Shown here piece after piece: positions 62,501 through 64,000 of a stretch of DNA of 64,000 nucleotides (positions are counted from its first letter, which is position 1; every line of letters starts with the position of its first letter). The DNA lies in the NCBI RefSeq assembly GCF_947568905.1, contig NC_079169.1:7130001-7194000 (forward strand). Direction: 5' to 3'. Source of the stretch: Ostrea edulis. Its lineage: Eukaryota. The notes under the pieces are model-generated. The model saw only the letters and a program-made list of their open reading frames with translations, was not told the DNA's origin and did no database searches. The translations under genes were made by a program, and so were the position numbers.

Positions 62501-64000
62501 CATGGTTTCTACTGTTGTGCTAGTTGGAATTGTAGATGTTGGTGTCACTGCGGATGTAGATGCACTGGCTTCACCTGTGACGGCTTCAGTCGTAGTCTCA
62601 ACGGCGCTTGTAGATTGTGCAGTGGTTGTGCTAGCATCAATAGTAGTTGTTGTTGCACTTGCCTCTGTTGTGGAAATGGTCTCAGTACTGGTGGAAGTTA
62701 TTTCTGCAGTTGTGCTGCCGACTATTAACGGTTCCGTGGCGTCTAGTGTTGTGGTAGTTATTTCTGCACTTGTTGATGTTAATGTTACTGAGGACGTAGA
62801 TGTACTGGCTTCAGTTGTGGTGCTTTCAATTGTACTTTCAACTGCGCTTGTAGATTCAGTCGCCGTTGTGCTAGGTTCAGTTGTTGTTGTTGCTGCACTT
62901 GTTTCTGAAATGGTACTACCCATTGTCGAAGACATTGTAGTTTCTCCTGTTGTAGTAGTTGTTTCTGGAATTGTGGATGATGGTGTCGCTGCGGATGTAG
63001 ATGTACTGGCTTCAGTTGCGACGGCTTCAGTTGTGAAGGCTTCAGTCGTAGTCTCAGTTGCGCTTGTAGATTGTGCAGTTGTTGTGCTACCATCAGTAGT
63101 AGTCGAGGATGCGCCTGATTCTGTCGTAGAGCTTGCCTGTGTATTTGTGGAGGTCATTTCCATTGTTGTGCTTCCTTCTGTCGAAGATTCGGTGTTGTCT
63201 GGTGTTGATGTAGTTATTTCTAAAGTTGTAGGTGTTGATGTCTCTGCAGATGTAGATGTACTGGCTTCAGTTGTGGTGCTTTCAGTTGTACTTTCAACTG
63301 CACTTGTAGATTCAGTCGTCGTTGTGCTAGGTTCAGTTGTTGTTGTTGCTGCACTTGTTTCTGAAATTGTACTACCCATTGTCGAAGACATTGTAGTTTC
63401 TCCTGTTGTAGTAGTTGTTTCTGGAATTGTGGATGATGGTGTCGCTGCGGATGTAGATGTACTGGCTTCAGTTGCAACGGCTTCAGTTGTGAAGGCTTCA
63501 GTCGTAGTCTCAGTTGCGCTTGTAGATTGTGCAGTTGTTGTGCTACCATCAGTAGTAGTCGATGATGCGCCTGATTCTGTTGTAGAGCTTGCCTGTGTAC
63601 TTGTAGAGTTGATTTGTATTGTTGTGCTTCCTTCTGTCGAAGATTCCGTGTTGTCTGGTGTTGATGTAGTTATTTCTAAAGTTGTAGATGTTGATGTCCC
63701 TGCAGATGTAGATGTACTGGCTTCAGTTGTGGTGCTTTCAGTTGTACTTTCAACTGCACTTGTAGATTCAGTTGCCGTTGTGCTAGGTTCAGTTGTTGCT
63801 GCACTTGTTTCTGAAATTGTACTATCCATTGTCGAAGACATTGTAGTTTCTGCTGTTGTAGTAGTTGTTTCTGGAATTGTGGAGGATGGTGTCGCTGCGG
63901 ATGTAGATGTACTGGCTTCAGTTGTGACGGCTTCAGTCATACTCTCAGTTGTGCTTGTAGATTGTGCAGTTGTTGTGGTACCATCACTAGTAGTTGATGA
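883..64000 (-). CDS. Giant MUC4-like mucin gene (multi-exon, partial at both window edges): S/T-rich tandem-exon domain followed by NIDO, AMOP, VWD and EGF domains
   Basis: 43 inferred exons join in one open frame with matching intron phases. Domain order NIDO-AMOP-GDPH-VWD-EGF downstream of an S/T domain matches the MUC4 architecture (established knowledge). No start or stop of the spliced ORF lies in the window. Confidence 0.9.
1352..1516 (-). CDS. Exon: EGF-like domain ([15 protein letters not shown]...[10 protein letters not shown])
   Basis: Acceptor ttttag|GT at 1516, donor G|GTAGGT at 1352, 165 nt, phase 1-1, EGF-type Cys spacing. Confidence 0.9.
2068..2234 (-). CDS. Exon: end of linker plus first EGF-like domain (FWAVDVQG...[11 protein letters not shown]...CLCEIGWEG)
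   Basis: Acceptor ctgtag|T at 2234, donor G|GTAGGA at 2068, 167 nt, phase 2-1, which fits both neighbouring exons. Confidence 0.88.
2235..3208. repeat. Intronic minisatellite of 51-bp and 45-bp variant units, about 20 copies
   Basis: Units tacaacattagatatattgtacacaaacaacagtacatattgtacaaacaa (51) and ...ctgtacatactgtaa (45). Confidence 0.95.
3713..3908 (-). CDS. Exon: beta-rich linker after VWD (ANTPPSIV...AVDSDGD...)
   Basis: Acceptor ttgtag|CT at 3908, donor AG|GTACAC at 3713, 196 nt, phase 1-2. Confidence 0.82.
4000..4232. repeat. 58-bp minisatellite x4
   Basis: The unit containing gtcactgcaggtcacctctagacttatcctaag shifts 2 nt per 60-nt line. Confidence 0.93.
4880..5125 (-). CDS. Exon: Cys-containing segment after VWD ([10 protein letters not shown]...[15 protein letters not shown])
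   Basis: Acceptor ctacag|GG at 5125, donor G|GTATAG at 4880, 246 nt, phase 1-1. Splicing restores FGESW. The C...C-L-F-D motif is typical of MUC4/SUSD2-like proteins. Confidence 0.88.
6144..6347 (-). CDS. Exon: VWD C-terminal part ([20 protein letters not shown]...FGES)
   Basis: Acceptor tttcag|AA at 6347, donor T|GTAAGT at 6144, 204 nt, phase 1-1. GLLG-N-x-NG-D-x-x-DD is the VWD signature. Confidence 0.92.
6644..6781 (-). CDS. Exon: VWD middle part ([14 protein letters not shown]...VGVLFSSG)
   Basis: Acceptor cgacag|GG at 6781 (weak pyrimidine tract), donor G|GTTGGA at 6644, 138 nt, phase 1-1. Confidence 0.75.
6771..7285. repeat. Composite minisatellite built from about 18-bp ttgtcaata/attatcc subunits
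   Basis: Recurrent attatccttgtcaata and ccattatttctgtcagtgaa blocks. Confidence 0.9.
7355..7606 (-). CDS. Exon: VWD N-terminus with GDPH motif ([23 protein letters not shown])
   Basis: Acceptor ccacag|GA at 7606, donor G|GTATGT at 7355, 252 nt, phase 1-1. Shows the GDPH-x-x-T-x-DG-x-x-Y-T-x-NG-x-GE consensus; GDPH is at 7584-7595. Confidence 0.95.
7769..8731. mobile_element. 963-bp Tc1/mariner(pogo)-type non-autonomous element (MITE) with TA target duplication
   Basis: 23-bp TIRs CAGTAAAATATCT(G/C)TATCTCGAA with one mismatch, TA on both sides (7767-7768, 8732-8733), repeated subterminal tatctcgaa motifs, no transposase ORF. Confidence 0.85.
8760..9006. mobile_element. About 247-bp degenerate TA-flanked MITE
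   Basis: Left end ta|cagtttaagtggctataattttagcgag; right end (reverse complement) ta|cagtataagcagaatttttagcaag. A similar end fragment lies near 1237-1262. Confidence 0.55.
9296..10162. repeat. 45-59-bp minisatellite, about 16 copies (aaatgttgagttctcatcactcacagaatcatttgtctgtggtaaatgtatata)
   Basis: Directly visible; length varies through (ta)n and loss of ggtaaatgta. Confidence 0.95.
10422..10641 (-). CDS. Exon: AMOP C-terminal half (KCCY...PYTWCC...[19 protein letters not shown])
   Basis: Acceptor tttcag|AAA at 10641, donor G|GTATGA at 10422, 220 nt, phase 0-1. Has AMOP CCY / WCC / C-x-x-Y-x-PP motifs. Confidence 0.92.
11454..11698 (-). CDS. Exon: end of NIDO and AMOP N-terminal half (GMWVYKLD...RCHTW...PCPC...DPRF)
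   Basis: Acceptor taaaag|GA at 11698, donor AGG|GTAAGA at 11454, 245 nt, phase 1-0. Confidence 0.9.
11706..12045. repeat. About 41-bp minisatellite x8 (ttgttagctgtaaatgtttacaaaatgccaattaccaacaa)
   Basis: Directly visible tandem copies. Confidence 0.93.
12362..12610. repeat. 39/42-bp minisatellite x6 (aaatcttaagaagtcagtcatttatcagtgaatgattcagtt)
   Basis: Directly visible; the units differ by an aag indel. Confidence 0.93.
12829..13027 (-). CDS. Exon: NIDO core ([21 protein letters not shown]...)
   Basis: Acceptor tttcag|AAT at 13027, donor G|GTACTG at 12829, 199 nt, phase 0-1. Matches the NIDO N-T-F-Q-x-x-x-x-x-DG motif. Confidence 0.88.
13099..13320. repeat. About 46-bp minisatellite x5 (gaggccaacagagaactccatggtcagccatcaaacccacagggtc)
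   Basis: Directly visible tandem copies. Confidence 0.9.
13421..14526. mobile_element. Interspersed (SINE-like) repeat split by an approximately 821-bp hAT-like non-autonomous insertion (13660-14480)
   Basis: The GC-richer host segment 13421-13659 resumes at 14481. The insert is flanked by gcaaggggta / gcgaggggta, carries inverted subterminal gtggtcaatactggt (13696-13710 vs 14395-14409) and ends in ...cccaaccctg. The host resembles an abundant oyster repeat as recalled, not searched. Confidence 0.6.
14549..14878 (-). CDS. Exon: NIDO N-terminal region (IYTNGYITL...[10 protein letters not shown]...LVVTWENV)
   Basis: Acceptor ttccag|ATT at 14878, donor CAG|GTAATA at 14549, 330 nt, phase 0-0. 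APFWxD and VxTWxxV motifs are present. Confidence 0.93.
17341..17474 (-). CDS. Exon: first globular-region exon after the mucin domain ([13 protein letters not shown]...SNRIF)
   Basis: Acceptor tttcag|GT at 17474, donor TTT|GTGAGT at 17341, 134 nt, phase 1-0. The L-x-P-F-G-x-x-x-G-D motif precedes NIDO in MUC4-like proteins. Confidence 0.88.
17539..17584. repeat. (AG)23 microsatellite in the 146-bp intron between the mucin domain and the globular region
   Basis: Directly visible. Confidence 0.98.
17621..18292 (-). CDS. Terminal S/T-rich exon: truncated type A cassette with a unique 3' end and canonical GT donor
   Basis: 672 nt, phase 1-1. Acceptor aagtag|GT at 18292, donor A|GTATAT at 17621. 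Confidence 0.85.
18293..52284. repeat. Tandem array of about 25 copies of the 1360/1363-bp exon+intron unit (type A)
   Basis: ORF-track starts recur at exact 1360 or 1363 spacing from 19611 to 50921. Introns and exons are nearly identical between copies. Confidence 0.98.
18480..50962 (-). CDS. 24 type A S/T-rich exons (1173 or 1176 nt; 391/392 aa) separated by 187-bp introns
   Basis: Exons: 18480-19652, 19840-21012, 21200-22375, 22563-23735, 23923-25095, 25283-26458, 26646-27818, 28006-29178, 29366-30541, 30729-31901, 32089-33261, 33449-34624, 34812-35984, 36172-37347, 37535-38707, 38895-40070, 40258-41433, 41621-42793, 42981-44153, 44341-45516, 45704-46876, 47064-48239, 48427-49599, 49787-50962. 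All are open, phase 1-1, with tag|GT acceptors and GAAG|GCAAGT donors. 14 short plus 10 long = 28182 nt. Confidence 0.85.
51150..53153 (-). CDS. Hybrid S/T-rich exon (type B 5' half, type A 3' half), 2004 nt
   Basis: B-type acceptor tacatag|GG at 53153, A-type donor context G|GCAAGTTGTC at 51150, phase 1-1, open frame. Confidence 0.85.
52285..64000. repeat. Tandem array of about 2719-2725-bp exon+intron units (type B), running off the window edge
   Basis: Intronic ORFs recur at 53197, 55916, 58635 and 61360 (spacing 2719, 2719, 2725). Confidence 0.97.
53863..64000 (-). CDS. Type B S/T-rich exons: 53863-55872, 56582-58591, 59301-61316 and 62026 to beyond 64000, separated by 709-bp introns
   Basis: 2010, 2010, 2016 and over 1975 nt, open frames, acceptors tacatag|GG, donors GAAG|GCAAGT, phase 1-1. 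Confidence 0.85.

Noticed and set aside
18855-63549. Gln/Leu-rich 85-109 aa minus-strand ORFs
   Set aside because: Shifted-frame readings of the S/T exons.

Overview
Eukaryotic, AT-rich genomic DNA. The repeat style suggests a bivalve mollusc such as an oyster (inference). The whole window lies inside one giant minus-strand gene that extends past both edges and encodes a MUC4-like mucin. Positions 883-17474 hold 13 phase-consistent GT-AG exons (2625 nt, 875 aa) encoding NIDO-AMOP-(GDPH)VWD-linker-EGF-EGF-cbEGF, with introns full of minisatellites and MITE-like elements. Positions 17621-64000 encode about 13,000 aa of Ser/Thr/Glu-rich mucin domain. This domain is not one large exon but a tandem array of exon+intron cassettes: 24 near-identical 1360/1363-bp type A units, one A/B hybrid exon, at least four roughly 2.7-kb type B units and one terminal exon. 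All cassette exons are phase 1-1. All 29 cassette introns have the rare AG|GCAAGT (GC) donor as their best 5' site. The A array shows satellite-like higher-order periodicity (4083, 2723 and 6806 bp). All exon boundaries were inferred by eye from splice motifs and frame continuity; there is no transcript evidence.
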